Shown one piece after another: positions 15,094 to 25,700 of a DNA stretch of 39,178 nt (position 1 is the first letter of the stretch; every line of letters starts with the position of its first letter). The DNA comes from Solirubrobacteraceae bacterium (GTDB lineage: Bacteria > Actinomycetota > Thermoleophilia > Solirubrobacterales > Solirubrobacteraceae): positions 1-39,178 of the forward strand of contig JAURVW010000746.1 of assembly GCA_030655275.1 (NCBI GenBank), given 5' to 3'. The position numbers and the translations under genes were made by a program. The notes beneath the pieces are model-generated. The model had not been told where the DNA came from, made no database searches, and saw nothing but the letters and a program-made list of their open reading frames with translations.

Positions 15094-16890
15094 ATGGCTT
15101 CCGCGCCCGTCCTCCTCGAGCTCGACCTCGCCGCCGGGCTGCTCGAAGCGCCTCCCGGCGACCCGATCGCCGCGTTCCGCGCGCGTAACACGCCGGTGCT
15201 GGCCGATCTGGTGGAGCGCCTGCGCGACGCCGCGAAGAGCAACGAGGTCGCCGGCCTGATCGCGCATGTCGGCGCCGAGCACCTGGCCCACTCGCAGATC
15301 CACGAGCTCGGCGCGGCCGTCGAGGCGTTCGCGAAGTCCGGTAAGCCGACGGTGTGCTGGAGCGAGGCGTTCGGCGAGTCGTTCGACGGCACGCACGGCT
15401 ACCACCTGGCCTCCTACTTCGACGAGATCTGGGTGCAGCCGTCCGGCGGCGTGGCGCTCGTCGGCCTCTCCACCGGCGGGATGTTCCTGCGCGAAGGCCT
15501 CGACAAGGTCGGCCTCCAGCCCGAGGTCCGCGCGCGCAAGGAGTACAAGAACGCGCCCGACATGTTCCTGCGCGAGTCCATGGGCGACGCCCAGCGCGAA
15601 GCCCTCCAGCGACTCATCGACTCGCTCTCCGAGCACCTCGTGTCGACCGTCGCGCGGCGCCGCGGTATGGCCGAAGCCGACGTCGTTGACGCGATCGCCG
15701 CCGCCCCGCTCACCTCCGAGGAGGCCCTCGACCGCCGGCTCGTCGACCACCTCGGCTACCGCGACCAGGTGTACACCGCACTGCGCCGCCGCATCGCGGG
15801 CAAGGGCCACGAGACCACGCCCGAGTCCGATCTTCCCGAGGTCACGCTGCGGTTCGTGCACCGCTGGGCGCCGCCGAAGGCCGAGGTCGCGCGCGAGAAG
15901 CTCCGCACCGAGGCCGGCCGGGTCGCCGCGAAGGCACTGCGCCGCGCGAAGCCAGGCGTCGTGGCCGTGGTCGGCGTCGACGGCGGGATCACGCTCGGGC
16001 GCGGCGGCGGCTCACCGCTCGGTGGCTCCGGCACGGGATCCGACAGCGTCTGCGCCGCGCTCCGCCAGGCCGCGGAGGCCGAGGACGTCGCCGCCGTCGT
16101 CGTGCGGATCGACAGTCCCGGCGGCTCCTACGTCGCCTCCGACGCCATCCATCGCGAGGTGCTGCGCCTGCGCGAGAACGGCAAGCCGGTCGTCGCCTCG
16201 ATGGCCTCCGTCGCCGCCTCCGGGGGCTATTTCGTCGCCATGGGGGCGGACGAGATCTTCGCCCTGCCCGGCACGATCACCGGCTCGATCGGCGTGTTCG
16301 CCGGCAAGGTGGTCGTGACGAAGGCGCTCGCCAAGGCCGGCGTCGCCCGCGAGACCCTCGAGACCGGCCCGCAGGCGACCATGTGGTCGCCCGATCGCCC
16401 GTTCGACAAGGACGAGCTCGTGCGCCTCGACGCGTGGCTCGACGAGGTCTACGCCGACTTCACGGAGAAGGCCGCCGAGGGTCGCGACATGCCGGTCACG
16501 CAGCTCGAGCCTTTGGCCCGCGGCCGCATCTGGACCGGCAGCGACGCCCTCGAGCGCGGGCTCGTCGACCGCCTCGGCGGCTTCGAGGACGCCGTCTCCC
16601 GCGCCTCCGAGCTCGCCGGACTGAAGCGCGACGCCGTCACCACGCGCCGCTACCCGCACGCCTCCATGTTCGCCAAGCTCCGCGCGCCGCAGCACAGCGA
16701 CGCGGTCGCCGCCGGCATCGCGGGCCGCACACTCCCCGGCTCGATCGCAGCCGCGGTCCTGGGCCTCCGGCCCGGCGCGGCCGGCGGCGTCCTGGCGGCC
16801 GGTCCCGAGCTGGTGCTCACCGAGCTGAGCGCCTCCCTCGGCCTCACCGCCGGCGCGCTCCAGCTGCCACCCGGCCTCCTGCGCCGATAG
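15094..16890 (+). CDS. sppA: Signal peptide peptidase SppA, 67K (two-domain) type
   Basis: The S49 family pattern is duplicated. RIDSPGGSYVASD (Ser nucleophile region) and SVAASGGYFVAMGAD are present. The listed ORF start 14674 overlaps rtcB and is rejected. Confidence 0.85.
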   Translation: MASAPVLLELDLAAGLLEAPPGDPIAAFRARNTPVLADLVERLRDAAKSNEVAGLIAHVGAEHLAHSQIHELGAAVEAFAKSGKPTVCWSEAFGESFDGTHGYHLASYFDEIWVQPSGGVALVGLSTGGMFLREGLDKVGLQPEVRARKEYKNAPDMFLRESMGDAQREALQRLIDSLSEHLVSTVARRRGMAEADVVDAIAAAPLTSEEALDRRLVDHLGYRDQVYTALRRRIAGKGHETTPESDLPEVTLRFVHRWAPPKAEVAREKLRTEAGRVAAKALRRAKPGVVAVVGVDGGITLGRGGGSPLGGSGTGSDSVCAALRQAAEAEDVAAVVVRIDSPGGSYVASDAIHREVLRLRENGKPVVASMASVAASGGYFVAMGADEIFALPGTITGSIGVFAGKVVVTKALAKAGVARETLETGPQATMWSPDRPFDKDELVRLDAWLDEVYADFTEKAAEGRDMPVTQLEPLARGRIWTGSDALERGLVDRLGGFEDAVSRASELAGLKRDAVTTRRYPHASMFAKLRAPQHSDAVAAGIAGRTLPGSIAAAVLGLRPGAAGGVLAAGPELVLTELSASLGLTAGALQLPPGLLRR

Positions 16891-16976
16891 ACGCACCGGC
16901 AGCACCCCCGAACGGCCCCTGAGCAGGGCCGACGAGCCTCACACCAGCAGGCACCGGCGAAACCGACGGAGCACGG

Positions 16977-16982
16977 TACCCT
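16977..16982 (+). promoter_or_regulatory. -10-like hexamer TACCCT, 6 nt before ettA GTG
   Basis: TACCCT-GAACAC-GTG. Confidence 0.5.
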
Positions 16983-16988
16983 GAACAC

Positions 16989-18641
16989 GTGGCTCCGACT
17001 TTCGTTTTCCAGATGCACAAGTTCAGCAAGGTGCATCCGCCGGACACCACCGTGCTCAAGGACCTCACGCTGTCGTTCCTCTACGGGGCGAAGATCGGCG
17101 TGCTCGGCCCCAACGGCGCGGGCAAGTCCACGATCCTCAAGGTGATGGCCGGGATCGACCAGGACTTCCGCGGCGACGCCAACCTCACGGCGGGTGTGTC
17201 GGTCGGCTACCTCGAGCAGGAGCCCGAGCTCGACGAGACCAAGGACGTCCGCGGCAACGTGGAGGACGGCCTCGCCGAGATCCGCGACCTCATGGCCCGC
17301 TTCAACGAGCTCGCCGCGAACTACTCCGAGGAGACGGCCGACGAGTTCGCCAAGCTCCAGGACCAGATCGAGGCCGTCGACGGCTGGAACCTCGACCAGA
17401 AGCTCGACCAGGCCATGGACGCCCTCCGCTGCCCGCCCGGCGACTCGTCGGTGGCCGGCCTGTCCGGCGGCGAGAAGCGCCGCGTCGCGCTGGCCCGCCT
17501 GCTCCTCTCGGCCCCCGACCTCCTCCTGCTGGACGAGCCGACCAACCATCTCGACGCCGAGTCCGTCTCCTGGCTCGAGCAGCACCTCGCCGACTACGCC
17601 GGCACCGTCGTCGCGGTCACCCATGACCGGTACTTCCTCGACAACGTCGCGAACTGGATCCTCGAGCTCGACCGCGGCAACGGCTACCCGTACGAGGGCA
17701 ACTACACCACGTACCTCGAGGCCAAGGCCAAGCGCATGGCCGCCGAGCAGCGCACCGACAAGAACCGCCAGCGCGCGATCGACAACGAGCTCGAGTGGGT
17801 CCGCAAGACCCCGAAGGGTCGCCAGACCAAGTCGAAGGCCCGCCTGAAGAACTTCCAGGAGCTCGTCGACCAGCAGGAGAACGTCCAGCTCGACGACGTG
17901 AAGATCCACATCCCCGTCGCCGATCGTCTCGGCAACGAGGTGATCGAGCTCTCGCACGTGCAGAAGGCCTACGGCGACAAGCTCCTGTTCGACGACCTCT
18001 CCTTCAAGCTGCCGCCCGGCGGCATCGTCGGCATCATCGGCCCGAACGGCGCGGGCAAGACCACGCTCTTCAAGCTCATGACCGGCAACGAGCAGCCCGA
18101 TGCCGGCGAGATCAAGACCGGCCCGACGGTGAAGACCTCGTTCGTCGACCAGTCCCGCGACTCACTCGATCCCGAGCTGTCGGTGTGGCAGACGATCTCC
18201 GGCGGCCTCGATCAGATGATCGTCGGCAAGCAGGTCATCAACTCCCGCCAGTACTGCTCGACGTTCAACTTCAAGGGCGCTCGCCAGCAGCAGAAGGTCG
18301 GCACGCTCTCCGGTGGTCAGCGCAACCGCCTGCACCTCGCGAAGCAGCTCGCCGAGGGCGGCAACCTGCTCCTGCTCGATGAGCCGACCAACGACCTCGA
18401 CACCGAGACGCTCCGCGCGCTCGAGGACGCGATCCTCAACTTCGCCGGCTGCGCGGTGATCATCTCCCATGATCGCTTCTTCCTCGACAAGGTCTGCACC
18501 CACGTGCTCGCCTTCCGCGGCAACTCCGAGACCGTCTGGTTCGAAGGCAACTTCCAGGCCTACGAGGAGTACCGCGAGGACGTGCTCGGCGAGGACATCA
18601 CCCGCCCCCACCGCATCGCCTACAAGAAGCTCGCCCGGTAG
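16989..18641 (+). CDS. ettA: Energy-dependent translational throttle protein EttA (ABC-F ATPase)
   Basis: The N-terminus FVFQMHKFSKVHPPDTTVLKDLTLSFLYGAKIGVLGPNGAGKST is typical of EttA. There are two Walker A motifs (GPNGAGKS/T), two LSGG signatures and a ~550 aa length. Confidence 0.93.
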   Translation: MAPTFVFQMHKFSKVHPPDTTVLKDLTLSFLYGAKIGVLGPNGAGKSTILKVMAGIDQDFRGDANLTAGVSVGYLEQEPELDETKDVRGNVEDGLAEIRDLMARFNELAANYSEETADEFAKLQDQIEAVDGWNLDQKLDQAMDALRCPPGDSSVAGLSGGEKRRVALARLLLSAPDLLLLDEPTNHLDAESVSWLEQHLADYAGTVVAVTHDRYFLDNVANWILELDRGNGYPYEGNYTTYLEAKAKRMAAEQRTDKNRQRAIDNELEWVRKTPKGRQTKSKARLKNFQELVDQQENVQLDDVKIHIPVADRLGNEVIELSHVQKAYGDKLLFDDLSFKLPPGGIVGIIGPNGAGKTTLFKLMTGNEQPDAGEIKTGPTVKTSFVDQSRDSLDPELSVWQTISGGLDQMIVGKQVINSRQYCSTFNFKGARQQQKVGTLSGGQRNRLHLAKQLAEGGNLLLLDEPTNDLDTETLRALEDAILNFAGCAVIISHDRFFLDKVCTHVLAFRGNSETVWFEGNFQAYEEYREDVLGEDITRPHRIAYKKLAR

Positions 18642-18757
18642 CGCCTTCGTGGCGATCTTCGCCCGCCCCGCGAACGACCCGTACCCAGTACTCGGCCGTC
18701 CGCGAGGCGGGCGATCTCATCCTCGACCGCGCCACCGGGACTAGTTTGGTGAGGGAG

Positions 18758-20047
18758 ATGAGCTCCGTCGCCGCTGCCGCCCCGTACTCCAGCCCGCTGG
18801 CTGCGTCGCTCGCGGAGGACGTGCTCGCGCGGCTCGACCGCTACGCGCGGATCGACACGCAGGCCGGTCGCGGGGAGCGGGCGCAGTCGCCGTCGACACC
18901 CGGGCAGCTCGACCTGTCGCGACTGCTCGTCGCGGAGCTGCTGGAGATCGGGCTCTCCGACGCAGTGCTCGACGACCACGGGTACGTGACGGCGACGCTG
19001 GGCGCCTCCGAGGGGCTGCCGCCCGAGACCAGGACGATCGGGTTCATCGCGCACGTCGATGTGTCGCCCGACGCGCCCGCGGAGGGCGTCCGGCCGATCG
19101 TGCACCGGGCCTACGACGGCGGCATCATCACGCTGCCGAACGGCGGGACGGTCCTCGATCCCGAGCGGATGCCGGCGCTGGCACGCAAGGTGGGCCACGA
19201 CCTGATCACGAGCAGCGGCGACACGTTGCTCGGCGCCGACGACAAGGCCGGCGTGGCCGAGATCATGGCCGCCGTCGCCCATCTGGCTGCGCATCCGGAG
19301 CTCCCGCGCCCGACGATCCGGGTCTGCTTCACCCCGGACGAGGAGATCGGCGAGGGCGCGACCCTCTTCGACATCGACGCCTTTGGCGCGTACTGCGCCT
19401 ACACGATGGATGGCAGCGAGATCGGTGAGTTGCAGGACGAGACGTTCACGGCCGCCGAGGTCGTCATCGAGGTGACGGGCGTCGACGTGCACCCCGGCTT
19501 CGCGACGGGCAAGCTCGTAAACGCTGCGACGGTCGCCTCCCACATCGTCGCCGCCCTCCCCACCGACCGCCTCACCCCGACGACCACCTCGGGGCGCGAG
19601 GGGTTCGTCCACGTCTTCGAGGTGAGCGGCGACGCCGGCCACGCGAAGGTCGCGACGATCGTGCGCGACTTCGACGACGACCTGCTCGCCGGCCACGTCG
19701 CCTTCGTCCGCGAGACGGCCGAGCGCATCGCGGCGGACTGGCCGGGCGCGACGGTCGCGATCAAGGACCGTCGCCAGTACCCCAACATGCGTGACCACCT
19801 GAAGCCGTTTCCGGACGTGGTCGCCAAGGCCGAAGCGGCAATCGCGGCCGAGGGCCTCACGCCGAAGCGCACCTCGATCCGTGGCGGCACCGACGGCTCC
19901 GTCCTCTCCGCGCGCGGCCTGCCGACGCCGAACATCTTCACCGGCGGCCATGAGTTCCACTCGGTGCGCGAATGGGCGTCGGTCCACGACATGGCCTCGG
20001 CCGCCGCCGTGATCGTCCACCTCGCCGAAGCGTGGACGAAGCCCTAA
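18758..20047 (+). CDS. pepT: Peptidase T (M20B tripeptide aminopeptidase)
   Basis: LDRYARIDTQ, FIAHVDVSPD, LGADDKAGVAEIM, CFTPDEEIG and TGGHEFHS fit PepT. The start could be ATG 18758 or TTG 18746. Confidence 0.88.
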   Translation: MSSVAAAAPYSSPLAASLAEDVLARLDRYARIDTQAGRGERAQSPSTPGQLDLSRLLVAELLEIGLSDAVLDDHGYVTATLGASEGLPPETRTIGFIAHVDVSPDAPAEGVRPIVHRAYDGGIITLPNGGTVLDPERMPALARKVGHDLITSSGDTLLGADDKAGVAEIMAAVAHLAAHPELPRPTIRVCFTPDEEIGEGATLFDIDAFGAYCAYTMDGSEIGELQDETFTAAEVVIEVTGVDVHPGFATGKLVNAATVASHIVAALPTDRLTPTTTSGREGFVHVFEVSGDAGHAKVATIVRDFDDDLLAGHVAFVRETAERIAADWPGATVAIKDRRQYPNMRDHLKPFPDVVAKAEAAIAAEGLTPKRTSIRGGTDGSVLSARGLPTPNIFTGGHEFHSVREWASVHDMASAAAVIVHLAEAWTKP

Positions 20048-20057
20048 AGGGCGTGAA

Positions 20058-20095
20058 CGGCCATTTTGTCCGGTCTTGGCGGAGGAAAATGGCCG
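20058..20095. terminator. Stem-loop between convergent pepT and the 20132 gene
   Basis: CGGCCATTTT / AAAATGGCCG forms a 10-bp stem with an 18-nt loop. A second hairpin (GGCCTGCTGGC...GCCAGCTCAGGCC) follows and overlaps the stop codon at 20132. Confidence 0.4.
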
Positions 20096-20131
20096 CTCAG
20101 CGAAATGAGGCCTGCTGGCGCCGAAGCCAGC

Positions 20132-21013
20132 TCAGGCCGTCGCCAGCTCGCCCTGCGCAGCCAGCGCCTCGACGGCCGGCAGCATCCGGCGCCGCAGCGC
20201 GTTCCCGCGCTCACCGAAAGCTCGCTGGCGCTCGGCGTAGTCCCGCCGACCATCGGCCGTCTCGATGCAGACCGGCTCGTACCCGAGGGCGCTGAGGTCG
20301 TAGGGCGAGGCGCGCATGTCGAGCTCGCGGATCTCGCAGGCGAGGGAGAAGGCGTCGGCGGTGAGGTCGCTCGGGAGCCCGGGCGCGAGCTTGAGTGCCC
20401 AGCGGTAGAGGTCCATGCCCGCGTGGAGGCAGCCGGGCTGCTCGAAGTCCTCCTGGGTGTCGCGGGTCGGCGAGAGCTCGTTGCGAGGTAGCGCCTCGGG
20501 CGTGAAGAAGCGGGTCGCGTCGAAGTGGGTGCACCGCAGCGTGCCCTCGTCGATCACGGCGTCGGTCGCCTCGGGGGCGAGCCGCAGCGGCCACGAGCCG
20601 TGACGTCGGTCGGCCGTACCGCGGTAGACCATCGCCCACTCGTGCAGGCCGAAGCAGCCCGTCTGGATCGGCCGCTCGAGCGTGCGCGCGAGGATGCGGC
20701 GCGCGAAGGCGATGCCGGTCGCACGGGCCGCGGCGAAGGAGACGCCGTCGAGGATCACTCCGTCGCCCTCGACCCGCATGTGGGCCCACTCGGCGCGCTC
20801 GGTGTGCGCGGCGCCCTCGAGGAGAACCCCCGGCCCGGGATGCCAGCGGCGCAGCTTGCCCGGCGTGTGGCCGTAGTAGTCGAAGAGGAAGTCGAGCACC
20901 GGGTGGCGGTCTCCGCGGCGCCGCCACGCGAGGTACTCGGCCGTCATCGCGTCGATGCGCTCAGCGTGGGCGGCCTCGCGCGCCCGCCAGTCGTGTTCGG
21001 CGAGCCGCTGCAC
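20132..21013 (-). CDS. Conserved actinobacterial protein of the family I recall being annotated as 3-methyladenine DNA glycosylase (function unverified)
   Basis: HPVLDFLFDYYGHTPGKLRRWHPG, GLHEWAMVYR, CTHFDATRFFT, EQPGCLHAGMDLYRW and RELDMRASPYDL are present. The start is GTG 21013, with TACGGT 6 nt upstream. The family label comes from memory, not a search. Confidence 0.6.
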   Translation of the reverse strand: MQRLAEHDWRAREAAHAERIDAMTAEYLAWRRRGDRHPVLDFLFDYYGHTPGKLRRWHPGPGVLLEGAAHTERAEWAHMRVEGDGVILDGVSFAAARATGIAFARRILARTLERPIQTGCFGLHEWAMVYRGTADRRHGSWPLRLAPEATDAVIDEGTLRCTHFDATRFFTPEALPRNELSPTRDTQEDFEQPGCLHAGMDLYRWALKLAPGLPSDLTADAFSLACEIRELDMRASPYDLSALGYEPVCIETADGRRDYAERQRAFGERGNALRRRMLPAVEALAAQGELATA

Positions 21014-21019
21014 CCAGAA

Positions 21020-21025
21020 ACCGTA
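21020..21025 (-). promoter_or_regulatory. -10-like hexamer TACGGT (minus strand), 6 nt before GTG 21013
   Basis: The minus strand reads TACGGT-TTCTGG-GTG. Confidence 0.5.
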
Positions 21026-21213
21026 CCGCCGAGCAGCGATCGGCGAGCGGCTTGATCGTAGGAGCGGCACGAAGATGGGAGCGGCACGACGATGGGATCG
21101 GCGCGCGGATCGCGCCCGTCTGCGCCCGCCGCGCGTCGGCCCTGCAGCGGCGCGACCTGGCTCGACGGTCCGCTGACCTTGCTGGCTTCGGCGCGAGGTG
21201 CGACCGTGCAGCG

Positions 21214-22071
21214 ATGGCCGCCTCACCGCGCATCGAGCTCGTGCGCCGGCGCGTCGCCTGCGAGGCACTCGCCCATCCGAGTGGCCTGTCGGGTCCCGGC
21301 ATCACCTTCGTCTCGAGCCCGGGCGACGGCGGAACCTACGACCCCGCGACCGGCGACGGCTGGAACCAGGAGCTTCCGGGTACGAACCTCGAACTCGTGA
21401 TCGAGCTCGACGGCCACTGGGATCTGCAGATCGACGGCCGGAGTCATCGGACGACCGCGTTTGCCGCCGGGCTCGTGGTGGGTCCGGCGCGCTCACGGGC
21501 GCTTGGGCCGGTCCGGCTCGTCCAGCTCTGCCTTGACCCACTCGCGGCGCCGGCCGTCTTCGGCGTCCCGGCCGGCGAGCTGTCGGCGTCGGCCGTCGAC
21601 CTGGACGCACTGCTCGGACGGGACGGCGACGAGCTGCGAGCTCGACTCGACGACGCCTTCACCGATGGCGACCCGGTTGCCGTCGCCGAGCGTTGGGTTC
21701 GCGAACGCGTCCGCCGACCCGACACCCAGCCGGCCGAAGGAGCCGTCGTCCCCGCCGACGTGCGCCTGGCCTGCGCCCTCCTGCGCGCCAGCGGCGGCAC
21801 GCTGCGCGTCGAGACACTGGCCCGGGAGCTGCGCTGCAGCCGTCGCCATCTCGCCCGACGCTTCGCCGAGTTCGTCGGGGTGTCGCCGAGCGCATATGCC
21901 CGCCTCCTGCGGTTCGAGCGCGCGACGGGCGCGCTGCGCGACCAGCCGATGCAGCCGCTCGGCTCCCTCGCTGCCGAGACGGGCTACGCCGACCACGCGC
22001 ACATGACCCGTGACTTCCGTGTCCTGGCCGGCGCCACGCCGACGGCGGTGGCGGCGCGCTTCTTCGCCTGA
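21214..22071 (+). CDS. AraC-family transcriptional regulator with N-terminal sensor domain
   Basis: The C-terminal region RHLARRFAEFVGVSPSAYARLLRFERA....ETGYADHAHMTRDFRVLAGATP is an AraC HTH. The start at ATG 21214 is chosen to avoid the divergent promoter region. Confidence 0.75.
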   Translation: MAASPRIELVRRRVACEALAHPSGLSGPGITFVSSPGDGGTYDPATGDGWNQELPGTNLELVIELDGHWDLQIDGRSHRTTAFAAGLVVGPARSRALGPVRLVQLCLDPLAAPAVFGVPAGELSASAVDLDALLGRDGDELRARLDDAFTDGDPVAVAERWVRERVRRPDTQPAEGAVVPADVRLACALLRASGGTLRVETLARELRCSRRHLARRFAEFVGVSPSAYARLLRFERATGALRDQPMQPLGSLAAETGYADHAHMTRDFRVLAGATPTAVAARFFA

Positions 22072-22191
22072 GCTGGCGGACGCCTCGCGGTTCGCGGCTC
22101 AGGACCGCCGTCCGCTTCGCCCCCGCCTACATTCCGCCGAATGCCGGGTCGGCCAGTCCCCTCCGTTCAAGACGGGGCCGCCGCCCGGGCG

Positions 22192-22197
22192 TACGCT
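22192..22197 (+). promoter_or_regulatory. -10-like hexamer TACGCT, 6 nt before ATG 22204
   Basis: TACGCT-CGCCGC-ATG. Confidence 0.5.
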
Positions 22198-22203
22198 CGC
22201 CGC

Positions 22204-22587
22204 ATGAGCACCCAAGAGGCCATCACCGTCCTGCGACTGCGCGAGCGCGCGACCCTCGACTGGCTCGAGCGCGCCTTCGGGTTCGCGCTCAGCGAGGTGA
22301 CCGAGGGAGACGATGGTGGCCTCGCCCACGCGCAGCTGCGGTGGGGCGACAGCTGGCTGATGGCGTCGACGGGCGGCCGCATCGACCAACCCACCGGGGC
22401 CGCCTCGGTGTATCTGACCGTCGCGGACGATGAGGACGTCGACGCGGCGTATACCCGGGCGATGGCCGAGCCCGGCGCGGTGTCGGTGCTCGAGCCGGAA
22501 GACATGCCGTACGGCGGCCGCAATGCCTCGATCGCCGACCCCGATGGCAACGTGTGGAGCGTCGGCAGCTACCACCCGCGGAGCTGA
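22204..22587 (+). CDS. VOC (glyoxalase-like) family protein
   Basis: The ~127 aa length, WLERAFGF near the N-terminus and PYGGRNASIADPDGNVWSV near the C-terminus fit the family. Confidence 0.8.
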   Translation: MSTQEAITVLRLRERATLDWLERAFGFALSEVTEGDDGGLAHAQLRWGDSWLMASTGGRIDQPTGAASVYLTVADDEDVDAAYTRAMAEPGAVSVLEPEDMPYGGRNASIADPDGNVWSVGSYHPRS

Positions 22588-22727
22588 GCCGGCCCGCGCC
22601 GGCCGGCACGCCGCCCTGCGCGAACTCGACCACGCCGGATACCGACGAGATCCGATCCGATCACCAGGTCGCCTACCGACGCCCGAAATCGCTTGCGTGG
22701 CCAGCGCGGACATGGGAGCGTGGCCGC

Positions 22728-25700
22728 GTGCCGATCGCCCGCCCACGGTCCGTCTTCCTCGCCGCCCTCGCCGCGGCCCTGACCTGCTGGGCCGCGCCCC
22801 CGGCAGGCGCGGCCGGCGTGGTGCTCGACACCTTCGGCGACGACCCGTCGATCGGCGTCGACGCCTCCGGCACCGGGCACCTCGCCTGGTACACCCAGAC
22901 GGGCGCACAGTTCCCCTACAACCACGTGCTCGTCTACTGCCGCCTGCCCCGCGGCGCCGAAACCTGCGCGAGGCGCACCAACCTCCCCACGCCCGGCAAC
23001 CTCGACACCTTCAACCAGACCCAGGTCGTCGTCGACGACACGTCGGGGAAGCTCTATCTCCTCGCCTCGCTCGCCGGCGACAACGTGACGAAGGGCGGCA
23101 CGTGGGCGTGGACGTCCACCAACGGCGGGGAGTCGTTCGGCGCACCCGTCCGGATCTCGAACGGCCTGAACCTCTCCGATGCCGTCCTGGGCCCTGGCCC
23201 GTTCGCGATCAGCACCGTCGGGGAGATCCCGTCGCGGTACCACGCCGACGCGCTCGATGGCAGCACCGCGACCGCCGAGGCGATCAACCTCAGTGCCGGG
23301 CTGAAGCCGGGGACCGACTACTTCTACTCGACGGTCGGGATGCTCAACAGCACCACGCCGTTCGTCGTCCTGAACTCGGGCGCCGGCGACACGGTCATGC
23401 GACGCTTCGACCCGGCAGCGCAGTCGGGCGCGAACGTCGTCGGCAACTGGCTCCCCGCCCAACAGCTCGCCACGGCCGAGGGCGATCCGCGCGCCGCGAG
23501 CGGCCCGTCCGGGTCGTTCGTCGCGACCGATTCCACGCCGAGCTACCCAACCCCGGCCGATGCGCTCCTCGTGCGCAGGATCGGTGAGGACGGCACCATC
23601 GGCGCCCCGCAGGACATCATCGCCGGCACGGGCAACGACGCCGAGGATCTCGATCTCGCCCAGGATGCCGGCGGCCGCGTGCACGCGGTCTACAACGACA
23701 TCGACCACGGCATCCGGCTCACCTACCAGTGGTCCAAGCGCGGGGAGACCTGGGGCACGCCGCAGGTGATCGACGACCCCGGCGCCGGCTATTCCTACAA
23801 CGAGCTCGGCGTGGGCCCGGACGGCGGCGGCTGGGTGGTCAACGAGAAGAAGTCGTCCGCCAACGGCGCCTTCGGCCCGATCCACGTCGTCGCGCTCGAC
23901 GCGAAGGGATCATCGGATCCGCCGGCCCCGACCCCGGCTCCTGGGGCACCCCCGACCCCCGTCCCGACCGCCACCCCGCTCGCCTGCCCGCTCGCCATCG
24001 CCGTCTCGCCGTCCGCCGACGCCGTGGTGCGGTCCGGCCCCTGCTTCACCGACCTCGGCAAGGGCGTGTATCGCTCGGCCGGCACGGTGCGGCTCGCGGG
24101 CATCGACTTCGTCCCGCCGAAGGGCGGCGGCACGCTCACCGTCGACACGAAGGCGCACACGGTCGAGACGACCGGCGGCGACTACGAGACCCGGGCCGGC
24201 GCCGTCGTCCTGAGCCGGGGCAAGATCCTCTGGGACCTCGATCAGATCACGAAGATCGAGGACCTCGGCAAGTTCGGCGTCTCGCTGCTCGGCCTGAAAC
24301 TCGCCGGCACCGCCGACCTGAGCTTCAAGGACAAGTCCGCCTCCATCCACGTCTGGATGGAGCTGCCCTCGCCGCTCGACAAGGTTCGCGCCGACACCAC
24401 CGTACGGACGACGATGAACGACGGCCTGCGCCTCGACGACGTGCACCTCACGGCGAAGTCCATCCCGATCGGGCCGCTCTTCGTCAACGACTTCGACCTG
24501 CTCTTCAGTGGCGGCACGAACCGGTTCGTCGGCGAGGCCAGCGTCACGCTGCCGCCAGCCGCGCCCGGCAAGGAGGCATCGATCAAGGGCGCCTTCGCCC
24601 TCGAGGACGGCAAGCTGACGAAGCTCGCGATCGATGTCGGGACGGGCGTCCCGCCCCTGCCGCTGCCGCTCTTCCCGACCCCGCCGATCCTGCTCACGCA
24701 GGTCGGCATCGGACTCACGAACGACGAGGAGGGCTTTAGGCTCGGCGGGGGCGTCGTGCTGTCGCTCGGACCGCAGCTCGCCGGCTCCTCCGCCCTCAGC
24801 ATCCGCGCCCTGCCGAGCGAAGGCCACGGCGCGTACGTGTTCGTGCCCAAGAGCGGCAAGTACGCGCAGATCGGCGCCTCCGGCACGCTGAGTCTCGTCG
24901 ATCTCGAACTCGCCTACGGCAGCGTCAGCGTGCGCACCGACGGGCCGATCACGTTCTCGGGCGGCACCACCCTCGACCTCGGCTTGGCGGACATCGCCTT
25001 CACCGGCGGCGGCGGGATCAACCTGGGCAACGGCGACTTCTACGGCACGATGAAGGGCTCGCTCTCGGCGGGCTCCAAGGACTTCGTCGCGGCGTCGGCC
25101 TCGGCCAGCGCGATCATCTCGTCGATCGGCTTTGCGGCCTGCGGGACGGCCTCCGGCACGCTCTTCGGGGTCGACATCATCGATGCCGAGATCGGGTTCG
25201 AGAAGCCCTGGGGCGGCGACTCCGACGTCGGCTTCTGCAACCTCGACGCCTACAAGCCCGCATCGCTGAGCGGTTCGGGTGCGCGGGCCCGGCGTCTGCA
25301 GGCCGGTGGTCCGCAGACCATCACGCTCGGGGAGGGCACCCACGGGCTCCTCGTCAGAGGCGCGAGTGCCGCGCCGGGCTTCACCCTGACGGGCCCCGGC
25401 GGCCGCACGCTCACCGTGTCGCCCGGCGGCACGGGCCCGGCGGCGGCTCCGCGCATCCTCGCGCTGCCCACCGGCACCGGCGCCGTCGCCGTGAAGATCG
25501 ACGACGCGGCCGGCAGCTGGACGATCACTCCGGCCGCCACCGGCGCCGCGATCACCGACGTCCAGGTCGCCGGAGAACGACCAGAGCCGAAGGCCAAGGC
25601 GACGGTCGCCAAGGGCGCGTGGGCGAAGCGCAAGGCGCGAGTGCAGGTGTCCGACCTCGGCGACCAGACGCTCACGGTGCGCGAGTTGCTGCCCGACGGT

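Noticed and set aside
16650-17957. 435-aa minus-strand ORF opposite ettA. Similar cases are 18620-20020, 23910-25766, 5123-6490, 1927-3243, 29158-30144, 30574-32181 and 32449-33543.
   Set aside because: All are antisense to genes with unambiguous family signatures and have Arg/Gly/Asp/His-rich, motif-free translations.
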